Shown: positions 1 through 9,725 of the stretch, one piece after another
How positions within the stretch are numbered: the stretch's first letter is position 1
How the letters are laid out: every line of letters begins with the position of its first letter
Source: Candidatus Eiseniibacteriota bacterium
GTDB taxonomy: Bacteria > Eisenbacteria > RBG-16-71-46 > CAVPCR01
Assembly: GCA_963823555.1 (NCBI GenBank)
Contig: CAWGMA010000001.1
Location: 1,344,001 to 1,408,000 of the forward strand
Length of the DNA stretch: 64,000 nt
Direction: 5' to 3'
The notes under the pieces: model-generated
The model's input: only the letters and a program-made list of their open reading frames with translations
Databases searched by the model: none
What the model was told of the DNA's origin: nothing
Program-made: the position numbers and the translations under genes

Positions 1-636
1 GATGACGCGGGCGCCGGGATCGAGCCCGAGCAGAGCGCGCCCACGGGCGCGATCGCCCCTGGCAGGGCGGTCGACGTCGATGCCGTTGGGGATCACCCGC
101 ACCGGACCGAGGCCCAGCTCGGCGGTAAGGAAGTGCTGAATGTCGCTGGAGACGGCAACGATCCTCGTGCCCAGGCGGGCGGCGAGCTTCAAGGCCTTGA
201 TCCGCCTCCCCGCTTCGGCGTAGTAGCCGCGCCCGTGCACGGTGGCCACGGCCGGGACGCGGGCGCAAGCTGCGGCGAGTCCGCCATAGACATTCATGGT
301 GAATTCATGAGCGTGCACGATATCAACGCCGGCGCTACGGATGTGGCGGGCCAGGCGCCAGGCCAGTGCGGGGTCGATGGCGCGGCGCAGCGTGAAGAAG
401 ATCGGTTCCCGTCCCTGGGCGCGGATCTCTCGCGCCACCCAGCCCTCCTTGAGGAGGCCGACGGTGCTTCGATACTCCCCCGCTTGCTCGAGCGCGAGGG
501 CCAGGTTGATCAGGACACGCTCAGCCCCGCCCGGTCCCCCGGTCTCGATGAGATGCAGAACGTGAGTCGGCCGGACATGAGCTCGCGGGTCCGGCGTAGA
601 TGCCAGCCGCGGATGGGTCGGGCCCGCCGCGCTCAT
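1..636 (-). CDS. GT4-family glycosyltransferase, N-terminal part; runs off the window start
   Basis: Manual translation from the ATG at 636 (ATGA overlap with the upstream stop): ...HVLHLIETGGPGGAERVLINLA...DIVHAHEF...TVHG...IVAVS...RVIPNGID. Not in the ORF track because it is truncated. Confidence 0.9.
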   Translation of the reverse strand, partial: MSAAGPTHPRLASTPDPRAHVRPTHVLHLIETGGPGGAERVLINLALALEQAGEYRSTVGLLKEGWVAREIRAQGREPIFFTLRRAIDPALAWRLARHIRSAGVDIVHAHEFTMNVYGGLAAACARVPAVATVHGRGYYAEAGRRIKALKLAARLGTRIVAVSSDIQHFLTAELGLGPVRVIPNGIDVDRPARGDRARGRALLGLDPGARVI

Positions 637-2651
637 GACGCATCTCCGGCATTCGCGCGGCGCGAAGTCGCAGTGCGGCGGCGAAGGGTGTCGCGGCCGG
701 AGCGCAGGTGCGCGTACGTATGGCTCAGAGCGCTGAGCGTCCAGGCCGTGGGTCCCGGGGGCGGTGCGGCGCCGCTGAGTCCGAGGAAGCGCCCGCGTAG
801 CTCGAAGCGGCCGGCGCGGAGCGCGGCGAAGATCGCCGCCTGCGACCGCTCGCCGGCCTCGACCAGGAGCTCGAGATCCGCCGGCGAGTCGAGGGCATGC
901 AGGTCGAGGGCGGCGAAGCCGCGGAGCTGTGGATTCGCCTTCCACCAGCGGTGCCACAATTCCATGGCATCGGCCCCGGGGGCGAGCCAGCCGTCCTTGG
1001 TGATGTTCCAGACTTCGATGCCGTCGACGGCGGCAGCGAGTTCGGTCGGGTGATCCGTCCCATAGGCAGCGGGATGAGCGACCACCGCCAGGCCGTCGTG
1101 GCGACGGACGTGGGCGGCGACGACGAAGGGATCGTCGGATGCGGTCGGTACCGGGACCCCGAGGCCGAGAATGTGGAGGCGGCGACGGCAGGAGAACTCG
1201 ACTCCTGGAATCACGAGAAACGACTCGCTCGAGGCTTGAGCCGCGTCGCGGGCCATGGCCTCCAGATCGGCTGCCTCGAGCCCGTCCGAGTGCTCCGTGA
1301 TGCAGATGAAATCGAAGCCCCGCCCGCGGAAGAACCGCGCGAGCTCGGCCACCGTCACCATCCCGTCGTAGGAGTAGCGCGAGTGCACATGGATGGCGCC
1401 GCGGAGCCGGCGCCCCTGCCCCATCGCTGCCGGGGTCTGGCCCCGAGCGTGGGCGGCGGGTGCTGGCGCGCGCAGATCGCGGACATACGCCGTGAGCTCG
1501 CAGAGCGCCGGCCCGGGATCGCTCGCGCGAAAGACCTCACCCTGTCCAGCGAACGGATTGAGGAAGGCGGCCACGGCACGGAGACGAGATGGAGTATCGG
1601 GCGGCAGGTCGCGGCTGTCACGGGCGCGGAGACGGATGAGGAGGTGATCGAGATCACCGAGCTCCCAGCGCAGGCGCGTGCCCACGCGGTAGTTCGTGAC
1701 AGGGAGCGGCGTCTCGCCGACCGCGAGCTGGTAGAGGAGCCACGGGAAATCCACACCGGCGGCGATGGCCAGGGCCAGGGAGCCCCAGAACCGCGGGTTC
1801 ATCTCCATGAGCCGCGGTCGCCCATCACGCGCATCCACCTTGAACTCGATCATGCAGACGCCATGCCACTCGAGCGCCGCCAACAGCCGCTCCGCGGCCG
1901 CGGCCAGTTCCGGGGGAACCGCGATCGACTCGGAGAGCACGCTGACTCCACCGGAGGGAGGCTTCTCGCGCAGGCGCCGGTGAGCGAAGCGGGCGAGCAC
2001 ACGGCCGTGATCGGCCAGGAGGAAGATCCCCATCCCGTAGCCGGGTATGCGCTCCTGGATGAGCGGATCGGGAATGCGAGCGCTCAGCGTCTCCCATGCC
2101 GGAACGAGCTCGGCGGCGGAGTGCACGTAGGCGACTCGTCCCTCGATGAGGCCGTGTGCTGTCCGGTGGCGAGAACGTCGCGGTTTGAGGACGACCGGGT
2201 AATCGAGTGCCGGAGCCAGGGAGCGTACCTGGTCCACATCGCCAGGGCTCCACGTGCGCGGCGACTCCACGCCGACGGTACGGGCCACCTCCAGGAGTCG
2301 GCCCTTGTCCCAGGCCTGAGCCAGAGCCTCGGCGCTGGGTATGGGCAAGAGGGCGCCGGCCAGCCGGTCGCGCGCGGCATCGACCACGGCCAGGCTGGCA
2401 TCGGTCAGTGGGAACCAGACCTGCCCTGGCTCGCGACGCGCCAGCGCCTCGAGCTCGGCGGCGAGTGCGTCAGGCGCGCTCATCGGGCTCGGCATGAGAA
2501 TCCGGCGGGTGGCATGGCGGGAAGCACCCGCGAGGGGATCGCTCCGAGCGGCAGCCACCGAGACCGGTACGCCGCGCCGGCCCAGGCTCCGGGTCACGGC
2601 GAGAGCGACTCGCTCTTCCCCGTCGAGAACGAGCGCGGGGGGCCGCATCAT
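633..2651 (-). CDS. ATP-grasp carboxylate-amine ligase fused to a C-terminal PHP metal-dependent hydrolase domain
   Basis: N-terminal ATP-grasp motifs (YPVVLKP, LIQERIPG, IEFK, LMEMNPRFWGS); C-terminal PHP motifs (GAIHVHSRYSYDG, ITEH, GVEF, HIL, AHP, IEVWN, DLH). Confidence 0.85.
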   Translation of the reverse strand: MMRPPALVLDGEERVALAVTRSLGRRGVPVSVAAARSDPLAGASRHATRRILMPSPMSAPDALAAELEALARREPGQVWFPLTDASLAVVDAARDRLAGALLPIPSAEALAQAWDKGRLLEVARTVGVESPRTWSPGDVDQVRSLAPALDYPVVLKPRRSRHRTAHGLIEGRVAYVHSAAELVPAWETLSARIPDPLIQERIPGYGMGIFLLADHGRVLARFAHRRLREKPPSGGVSVLSESIAVPPELAAAAERLLAALEWHGVCMIEFKVDARDGRPRLMEMNPRFWGSLALAIAAGVDFPWLLYQLAVGETPLPVTNYRVGTRLRWELGDLDHLLIRLRARDSRDLPPDTPSRLRAVAAFLNPFAGQGEVFRASDPGPALCELTAYVRDLRAPAPAAHARGQTPAAMGQGRRLRGAIHVHSRYSYDGMVTVAELARFFRGRGFDFICITEHSDGLEAADLEAMARDAAQASSESFLVIPGVEFSCRRRLHILGLGVPVPTASDDPFVVAAHVRRHDGLAVVAHPAAYGTDHPTELAAAVDGIEVWNITKDGWLAPGADAMELWHRWWKANPQLRGFAALDLHALDSPADLELLVEAGERSQAAIFAALRAGRFELRGRFLGLSGAAPPPGPTAWTLSALSHTYAHLRSGRDTLRRRTATSRRANAGDAS

Positions 2652-3724
2652 GGCGTTCTCCCCCGGCGTGTCCGGCGCAACTCATCGAAGAACCCGAGCA
2701 CCTCGCAGGCGAAGATGGATGTCGAGAAGCCAAAGAGCCCACGGGAGCTGCCTTCACTGATGTTCTTGCGCCGAATCGCAAAGTCCTGAAGGCAGCCGGG
2801 GTCCGGTGCCTCGTCGGTGACGACGGCGAGCGCGAAGCCGGCGTCGCGCACGGCGCGGGACAGCTCCGGACTGGCGTTCCCGTTCGGATAGGCGAAACAG
2901 GACGGTGGTTCACCGAACTCGTCGGCCAGGCGTTGCCGCGACCCTCGAATCTCGGTCGAGGCCCGCGCCGGCTCCAGTCGGGTCAGGATGGCATGGGTGG
3001 CGCCGTGGGCGCCGATCTCCACCCCCGCCGCGCGGATCTCCGCCACCTGGGTCCAATCGAGGAGGCGGGGGGCAAGACCTTCGGCCCGGCATCCGGTCTT
3101 CTGCTCGATCAAGGTGAGCATATGGTCCCGTTCCTCGTCCGTCATGTCCTTGGCGGCCTCGATCAATCGATCGAGCGCGGAAGGCAGCACCTGCTCGCCC
3201 GTTCCGGCGACCTCGAGGAGCGCCGACATCACGGGCGCCGGAAGGCCGTCGAGCGCGCCGGAATCGAGCCTTTGCCGTTCGTCCCGCGACAGCATGTAGA
3301 TCAGGCGCTCGGGCCAGAACAGGTGGTTGGTACCGAGCAGCTCGGTGACGACGAAGAGCGTGGCCGGCAGGCCCGCGGAGCGCAGCACCGGCAGGGCGTG
3401 GGCATGGTTGTCGGCCCAGCCATCATCGAACGTGATGGCGCAGAGGCCGGGATCCTGCGCGCTGGCCGCCCGGACCAGAGGCACGACGTGAAATAGGCGG
3501 CTCAAGAGCCGGATCTGGCGCGCAAACGTCGCGGTCGAGACCACGATGCCGGCCTGGGAGAGGTCCGTGCCGAGGCTGGGAGGCAGAACGCGGTGATAGG
3601 TGACGATGAGGGGCCTGCCCCGCAACCGCCGGCCCTGGGCGCGCCACCACAGCGTGAGAAGTCCGGTTCGGTAGAGGAGTCCGGCGATCAGCTGCTTCAG
3701 CGCGCGCGCAGCGAACGCGATCAT
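2648..3724 (-). CDS. polysaccharide deacetylase (NodB/CE4 family)
   Basis: YHRV, ITFDDGWADN, EIGAHGATH and FAYPNG motifs. Confidence 0.9.
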   Translation of the reverse strand: MIAFAARALKQLIAGLLYRTGLLTLWWRAQGRRLRGRPLIVTYHRVLPPSLGTDLSQAGIVVSTATFARQIRLLSRLFHVVPLVRAASAQDPGLCAITFDDGWADNHAHALPVLRSAGLPATLFVVTELLGTNHLFWPERLIYMLSRDERQRLDSGALDGLPAPVMSALLEVAGTGEQVLPSALDRLIEAAKDMTDEERDHMLTLIEQKTGCRAEGLAPRLLDWTQVAEIRAAGVEIGAHGATHAILTRLEPARASTEIRGSRQRLADEFGEPPSCFAYPNGNASPELSRAVRDAGFALAVVTDEAPDPGCLQDFAIRRKNISEGSSRGLFGFSTSIFACEVLGFFDELRRTRRGRTP

Positions 3725-5163
3725 GAGCCCACCGTCCGGGAGGAGGGTCGAGTTGCCTTGAGATCCCCGGCAGCTGGTTCGGGACCAGACGGCGGAGCCG
3801 CGGCCTTGACCATGACGGAGGAAGGAGTCCGGAGCAGCTCCGCGAGCGTTCGCGTCATCACCTCGACTTCGCGCTCGCCGATGTGCGGATACGTGGGCAG
3901 ACAGAGCAGTCGCTCGGCCAGCTGCTCTGCTCTTGGAAAGCGCGCTCCGGATCGCGGTTGGTTTCGGGTCAGGGCTGGGATCGCCGTAACCGGGGCCGGA
4001 TAGAGCCGGCTGGCGCCGATGCCGGCGGCTCTGAGCGCGCGGTAGGCGCGCTCGCGAAGCGCTGCCGTTTCGAGCAGGACCGGGAAGCGCAAGTGGATCG
4101 CCTCGCTGTCGGGTGCGTTCGCAAGGAACGATAGGCCGCTCAGCGAAGTCAGCCTCCGGGCGAGCTCCTCCCCGATCCGCCGCCGCGCTCGATTGGCGGC
4201 CTCGAGCCGGGCCAGGCCGCGGGCGGCGAGCGCGATGCGAAAGGAGTCGAGGCGCCGGATGGGAAAGGCCGGGTCATAGGTGGTCGAGCCGAGCTTGAGG
4301 AATGGGAGCCGGGCCGGAAGCCAGTAGAGGCCGGGACCGAGCAGGGGCGACATCGCGACGGCCTCCAGTACCCGGGCCGCAGCCGGGATGGCGGGAGCCG
4401 GGGCGAGATCTCCGAGCGCCGGTTCGAGCAGAGCAGCGATCTGCGGATCGGCGCTGGTAATGGCGCCACCGCCCAGTGCGCTGAGCGGCTTGCCGCGGCC
4501 GAAGCTCAAGATACCGAGATGTCCCCCGCTGCCGACCGCCCGCCCGCGATGCCGGGCCCCGAGGGCCTGCGCCGCGTCGTCGATGACGAGGGTCCTCGAG
4601 TTCTCGGCGGCGCGTGCGATCGGTTCGAGGTCGATGGGAAATCCGAGGAGGTGCGGCACGATCACGGCCAGGGTGTGCGGCCCGAGGTGGGGCGCCACCG
4701 ATTCTGCATCAAAGGAGAGGCTTGCCGGCGCGCAGTCGACGAGACGGAGCTTGAGTCCCGCCCGGACCACGGCTGCGGGCACGGTGAAGCAGGTGTAGGC
4801 CGGCACGACGACCTCGTCGCGTCCGGGCCGCGCGGCATGCAGGGCGGCGAGAGCGACAGCGAGGGCGGCGCGCCCCGAGATGACAGGGGCGGCGAGTTGC
4901 ACTCCCAGTTTTGTGGTGAACGCAGTCCGGAAGTCGGCGTCCGCTCGGTTCGCATCGATCGACGCCGCCAGCGCCTGCAAGATGTGGCCGGCCTCCACCG
5001 GGAAGCCCACGGGGGGTGTGAGCGGCCTTCCCCAGGATGGCACCACTTCATCTCCAGGACCCAGCACGAAGGGCTCCTCCCCTTCGAGCTCACTGCTTCC
5101 GGGCAATCGAGGCCCTGAAGTGGAGCTGAGCGGCTCGGGTCGGGATGAGCGTTCGGTCGTCAT
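3721..5163 (-). CDS. DegT/DnrJ/EryC1/StrS-family PLP aminotransferase
   Basis: DEVVVPAYTC, IDDAAQALG, SFGRGKPL (PLP lysine), LCLPTYP. Start set at ATG 5163; the ORF track extends to 5289. Confidence 0.85.
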   Translation of the reverse strand: MTTERSSRPEPLSSTSGPRLPGSSELEGEEPFVLGPGDEVVPSWGRPLTPPVGFPVEAGHILQALAASIDANRADADFRTAFTTKLGVQLAAPVISGRAALAVALAALHAARPGRDEVVVPAYTCFTVPAAVVRAGLKLRLVDCAPASLSFDAESVAPHLGPHTLAVIVPHLLGFPIDLEPIARAAENSRTLVIDDAAQALGARHRGRAVGSGGHLGILSFGRGKPLSALGGGAITSADPQIAALLEPALGDLAPAPAIPAAARVLEAVAMSPLLGPGLYWLPARLPFLKLGSTTYDPAFPIRRLDSFRIALAARGLARLEAANRARRRIGEELARRLTSLSGLSFLANAPDSEAIHLRFPVLLETAALRERAYRALRAAGIGASRLYPAPVTAIPALTRNQPRSGARFPRAEQLAERLLCLPTYPHIGEREVEVMTRTLAELLRTPSSVMVKAAAPPSGPEPAAGDLKATRPSSRTVGS

Positions 5164-5504
5164 CTGGTTCTTGAGCTGGATCGGACTGGCGCCGATCTCG
5201 ATAGGGTGCCGAAGGCCAGCAAGCCTTGGTGCGGTAGCGTCAGGACGAGGATCCAGCTGCCCACGGACAGCGCGATCGGGGGGCACCACCGGCAGAGCCT
5301 ATCCTGGCCGCCCGGACTGCTCAAGGTCCGTTCGCCGGGATTCTCCGCCCCCATCGCCGGGTTATCGGCAGGTCGGTGCTCCTTCTCGCGGTTCGGCGCC
5401 GGAGACGGCATGGAGCTGGAAGCGGTGGCCTGCTAACCTACAGCCCGCTCGCCGTCGATTCATCATCCAGAAGCCGGGAGGCATGCGGTGGTCCAATCCG
5501 AGGC

Positions 5505-6677
5505 ATGACGGGCTCCTCCAAGAAAATCCTGCCGATTTCCCCCCGCCGCGTCGCCGGGGACTCGCGAGCCGCCCTCACCGTGCGGATCGCCGATGATCGT
5601 GAAGCCTGGGACGCGTTTGTCCTCGCGCATCCGGACGCGACCGTGGCGCATCTCTGGGAATGGGCTCTGATCATTCGCGAGACCTATGGTCACCACACGC
5701 ATCATCTGGTGGCATCCGACGCGACAGGTCTGGCTGGGATCCTGCCTCTCACCGAGGTGAGAAGCAGGATCTTCGGTCAGAGCCTCTGCTCCCTTCCCTA
5801 TCTCGACTACGGTGGAGTGCTCGCCACCTGCTCGCCGGCCTGGAGCGGGCTGGTCACGGCGGCTGCCGAGATTGCGGTCGGGCGCCGCATCCAGCATCTC
5901 GACCTCCGCCAGTCTCAGCGTCCGGCTCTGGTGCTGCCCGTCCGTTCGGACAAGGTCACGCTCGTGCTCGACCTGGCCGGCGGCCGCACGTTCGCTCGCG
6001 CCGGCAGCACAACGGCTCAAGTTGAAGGCATGTGGCAGGCGATTGGGGCCAAGACGCGTAACCAGGTCCGCAAGGCTGAAAAGTCCGGCCTCGCCGTCGA
6101 GCAGACGGACGGTCGCGGCGTACGTGATTTCTATCGGGTCTGGCGGGTCAACATGCGGGATCTCGGCTCTCCGGCGCATAGCGAGCGTTGGTTCGAGGCG
6201 CTCTTCGCTCACCTTGGCGGAAGGGCGCAGCTGTACCTCGTCCGCCGTGGTGCAGAGGTTGTGGGTGGTCTGGTCGCGCTCACGTTCCGCGATACGGTCG
6301 TCGTTCCCTGGGCCTCTTCGGATCGGCGCTACTTCAGCATGAGCCCCAACAACCTGCTCTACTGGACCGCCATTCGCGATGCGATTCTGGCCGGTCGCCG
6401 TGCCTTCGACTTCGGCCGCTCCTCCGTCGGCTCCGGGACCTACCATTTCAAGCGGCAGTGGGGAGCGACCGCGGAGCGTCTCTACTGGCAGGAGTTCACG
6501 GCGGCCCAGGCGGTCGCGCTGCTCGAGCTCCTGGGTCCGGACGAGGAGCCTCCGGCGATCACCGGTCCGCCCGCGGGGACCCGCGGACGCGCCCTGGCGG
6601 AACGGATCTGGCGCCACTTGCCGGTACCGGTCGCCACCTGGGCTGGCAGTCGCCTTCGGGGCGGGATCACGTTGTGA
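5505..6677 (+). CDS. FemAB-like / GNAT-family protein of the type found in PEP-CTERM-associated EPS loci
   Basis: SLPYLDYGG, RNQVRKAEK, NMRDLGSP, PWASS, NNLLYW, FDFGRS..GSGTYHFKRQWGA. Start set at ATG 5505. Confidence 0.85.
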   Translation: MTGSSKKILPISPRRVAGDSRAALTVRIADDREAWDAFVLAHPDATVAHLWEWALIIRETYGHHTHHLVASDATGLAGILPLTEVRSRIFGQSLCSLPYLDYGGVLATCSPAWSGLVTAAAEIAVGRRIQHLDLRQSQRPALVLPVRSDKVTLVLDLAGGRTFARAGSTTAQVEGMWQAIGAKTRNQVRKAEKSGLAVEQTDGRGVRDFYRVWRVNMRDLGSPAHSERWFEALFAHLGGRAQLYLVRRGAEVVGGLVALTFRDTVVVPWASSDRRYFSMSPNNLLYWTAIRDAILAGRRAFDFGRSSVGSGTYHFKRQWGATAERLYWQEFTAAQAVALLELLGPDEEPPAITGPPAGTRGRALAERIWRHLPVPVATWAGSRLRGGITL

Positions 6678-6707
6678 GCGGCCATCACAACCAGGTTGCC
6701 GGCGGGA

Positions 6708-7901
6708 CTAGAGAAGGACGGCCCGCAGCGCGCTGACGACCTTGTCGACGTCCCCCTCGGTCATGGCCGGATAGAGCGGAAGCGAGAGGCTCCGCGCGTA
6801 CACCTGCTCGGCCTGCGGCAGGTCGCCGGGCCGGTAGCCGAAGGCCCGGGCATAGAACGGCATCAAGTGCAGGGGGCGGAAGTGGATCGAGGTGCCGATG
6901 TGCCGGTCCTTGAGCTCCCTGGCCAGGGCATCCCTCGTGATCCCGGCACCGGGATCGATGAGCAGGATGAACAGGTGATGGCCGGCGCGACCACCCGCCA
7001 CCGTGAGCGGCTGGAAGCTCACGGGCAAACCACGGAGTCTCTCGGCGTAGGCCAGCGCCAGCCGTCGCCGCTCCGTGTAGAAGGACTCCAGTCGCTCGAG
7101 TTGCACGAGGCCGAGCGCGGCCTGGAGGTCGGTCAAGTTGTACTTGAACCCGGGTTCCAGCACGTCGTAGTGAGCGCTGCCTTCCTTGGTGTATCGCTTC
7201 CAGGCGTCCTCTGAGAGACCGTGAAGCGAAAGCAAGCGGCCCCTGGCTGCAAGGTCCGCCTGGTTGGTGACGAGCATGCCGCCTTCCCCGGTCGTGATGC
7301 TCTTCGTCGGGTAGAAGCTGAAAGCGCCGATGATGCCATGCGCACCGGCATGTTTTCCCGCGATCTCGGTTTCGATGGCGTGCGCGGCATCCTCGATCAC
7401 ATGAAGCCCGCGCTCGGCGGCGATGGCCAGGAGTTCCGACATGGCGCAGGGATAGCCACCCAGGTGCACCGGGATCATGGCTCGCGTACGGGCGTTCAGG
7501 CGAGTCCTGACGTCCCCGGGGTCGAGGGTGAGCGTCTGGGGATCGATGTCGCAGAGCACCGGGCGCGCGCCGACGTGCACGACCACGTTGGCGGTGGCGG
7601 CGAACGTCGTGGTCGGGACCAGGACCTCGTCACCCGGACCGATCTCCAGCAGGCGAAGGGAAAGGTGAAGCGCTGCCGTACAGGAGCTGACCGCGATCGC
7701 GTGGTCGGTCCCGACGAGATCGGCGAAGGCGCGCTCGAAGGCCCTGGCGCGAGCTCCCGTGGTGAGCCATCCCGAGCGCAACACCTCGATCACCGCCGCT
7801 TCTTCCGCCGGTCCCAGCGTTGGGCGGTGGAAGGGCAGGAACTCGTCCTCGGAGATGGCCTCGGCTCTGCTCGGATCAGTCTTCGGCTGTTCGCTGTTCA
7901 C
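6708..7901 (-). CDS. DegT/ArnB-family nucleotide-sugar aminotransferase
   Basis: LRSGWLTTG, SSCTAALHL, EDAAHA, FSFYPTKSITTGEGGM, GFKYNLTD, LSLPLYP. Confidence 0.93.
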   Translation of the reverse strand: MNSEQPKTDPSRAEAISEDEFLPFHRPTLGPAEEAAVIEVLRSGWLTTGARARAFERAFADLVGTDHAIAVSSCTAALHLSLRLLEIGPGDEVLVPTTTFAATANVVVHVGARPVLCDIDPQTLTLDPGDVRTRLNARTRAMIPVHLGGYPCAMSELLAIAAERGLHVIEDAAHAIETEIAGKHAGAHGIIGAFSFYPTKSITTGEGGMLVTNQADLAARGRLLSLHGLSEDAWKRYTKEGSAHYDVLEPGFKYNLTDLQAALGLVQLERLESFYTERRRLALAYAERLRGLPVSFQPLTVAGGRAGHHLFILLIDPGAGITRDALARELKDRHIGTSIHFRPLHLMPFYARAFGYRPGDLPQAEQVYARSLSLPLYPAMTEGDVDKVVSALRAVLL

Positions 7902-7971
7902 GATGATTCAGGCCTCGAATGGGTTGATACATCGCAGGGCGGGTGTCCTGGATCCTCCATAGAATGACAGA

Positions 7972-9066
7972 TCAGGGGGGCGTGCGCGATGGCTGGTCGT
8001 TGGTGTTCGCAGCGGTCGTCGAGGGGCGATGGTGGCTGTGGAGCAGGAGCCGATGTTCCCTCTGCCATCTCAGGAAGGTCATGAGAAGACCCGCGAACTT
8101 GGCGTTCATGGCCCTGGCCGACACGCTCACGGGTTCGCGGCGTGTGGCCATCCGGACCAGGTACATCGGGAGCATGAGCGCCGTGAGGTCGGGATCGAGC
8201 TCGAGGCGATCCACGTAACGCGTGAACTCGGAACGCAAGAGGCGCGAAAACCAGTTCTCGATGAAGTAGGTGGCGATGAGCGAGGCCTCCGGCTCCGCTC
8301 CCCGAGCGTCCTTCGATACGCTGAAGCTCGACATGAAGGTGTGGATGTCATGGTAGGAGGTGTCGCGCTCGCGATAGCCGTCCCAGTCGATGACCCGCAG
8401 GCGGGTGCCGCGGACGAAGATGTTCCCCGGCCAGAGATCGCCGTGCAGGGCCAGCGCGTTGACGGTCTGGCCGCGGAACCTGGCGAGTTCGGCGGTGAGC
8501 TCGGCGAGCAAGGTCGATTCCTCGCCCTCGAAGTGGTGCCAGGTCTTGAGCCGTGCGACCGGCTCCTCCACTGCGTGGCGGTAGATCTCGTCATCGAACT
8601 GGACCGGAGCCAGACCGCTCTGGCCAAAGGCGATGAGCCAGTCCACGACGCTCCGCACGTAGCGCGCGACCGGTGCTTCCCGGCCGTGCCGATCGAGCAT
8701 GACGGCGGGCACGAAGCGCCGGCCGCCGGCGTACTCCTCGAGTCCTACCCAGTGCGATCCGTAGGGGACCCCGGCGAGCGGAGCAGGGATGGTATGGGCG
8801 AGCTCGAGCCCCACGCGGTGCCGGAGTCGCTGCACCTGGTCGAACTCGCGCACGAGACGGGCGCGGGCGGCGCGGTCAGCCGTGACCTTGGCGACGAGAG
8901 CCGGTTCGCCTTCGCCATCGAAGAAGAGATAGAAGTAGGTATAGGGGCGCGGAAAATCTCCGACATGGCCGAACTTGAGCCAGTGCACGGCCCGGGGTCG
9001 CGGCCAGCGGCCACCGACCAGCGCGTCCCAGTGCTCGAAGAGGTGCTCGGTCAGGCCTTGGATCAC
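7972..9066 (-). CDS. aminoglycoside-phosphotransferase/choline-kinase-like kinase
   Basis: Brenner motif HGDLWPGNI and VIDWD; GTG start at 9066 overlaps the upstream stop (GTGA). Confidence 0.75.
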   Translation of the reverse strand: MIQGLTEHLFEHWDALVGGRWPRPRAVHWLKFGHVGDFPRPYTYFYLFFDGEGEPALVAKVTADRAARARLVREFDQVQRLRHRVGLELAHTIPAPLAGVPYGSHWVGLEEYAGGRRFVPAVMLDRHGREAPVARYVRSVVDWLIAFGQSGLAPVQFDDEIYRHAVEEPVARLKTWHHFEGEESTLLAELTAELARFRGQTVNALALHGDLWPGNIFVRGTRLRVIDWDGYRERDTSYHDIHTFMSSFSVSKDARGAEPEASLIATYFIENWFSRLLRSEFTRYVDRLELDPDLTALMLPMYLVRMATRREPVSVSARAMNAKFAGLLMTFLRWQREHRLLLHSHHRPSTTAANTNDQPSRTPP

Positions 9067-9725
9067 GCTGCCTCCGCGATCGCGCCTTCGCCGCGGCGGG
9101 TGGCGATGATCGTGAACTGGGGAGCCAACCATGGCAGGAGGCCGAGACGCGCCACCGCGGCGAGCAGGGTGCGCGCGATGCGTCTCTGGCCGCTTTCGAT
9201 GAAGAAGGGCGGCTCGAAGTGAAAGGCGGAGGCGCGACGGCTGTCCAGTGGCAGCATGATGTGCGGTTCAGCCAGGCTCGGCAGGCAGATGAAACCGCTC
9301 ACCGGGGCGAAGCCGGCGCGCCGAACGAGCCGACGCACCTGACCGTAGAGGCTACCGCCCTCGGCATCGGGGGCGATGTCCACTCCCTCGTAGGTCAAGA
9401 GCAAGCGCGAAAGAGCGGCTGTCGTGGACGGAAACTCGGCGGCGAGGACCCCGCCTGGAATGAGCGCGCGGTGGGCGGCGGTCAGAGCCAGCGATCGAAC
9501 GCGAGGGTCGGCGGCGCAGCCCCGCGCGAGGACGGCCACATCCGCGCTGGCGCGGGCCGCATCTCGACCGTCGCGGCTGTGCTGGACATCGCCGCCGCCT
9601 GCCCGGGAGAGCGCGGCTTCGAGGACGATATCGCCCTCTCCCAGGATCAGGATGCGAGTCGAGGGATCGAGGCCAAGGATGGCGGAGAGCGTGCTCAAGA
9701 CCGTCTCCGCGACGCGCTCCAGCAC
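9063..9725 (-). CDS. class I SAM-dependent methyltransferase-like protein (divergent)
   Basis: RILILGEGD, AHRALIPGGVLAAE and VRRLVRRAGF resemble methyltransferase motifs; GTG start at 9725 is inferred. Confidence 0.55.
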   Translation of the reverse strand: MLERVAETVLSTLSAILGLDPSTRILILGEGDIVLEAALSRAGGGDVQHSRDGRDAARASADVAVLARGCAADPRVRSLALTAAHRALIPGGVLAAEFPSTTAALSRLLLTYEGVDIAPDAEGGSLYGQVRRLVRRAGFAPVSGFICLPSLAEPHIMLPLDSRRASAFHFEPPFFIESGQRRIARTLLAAVARLGLLPWLAPQFTIIATRRGEGAIAEAA

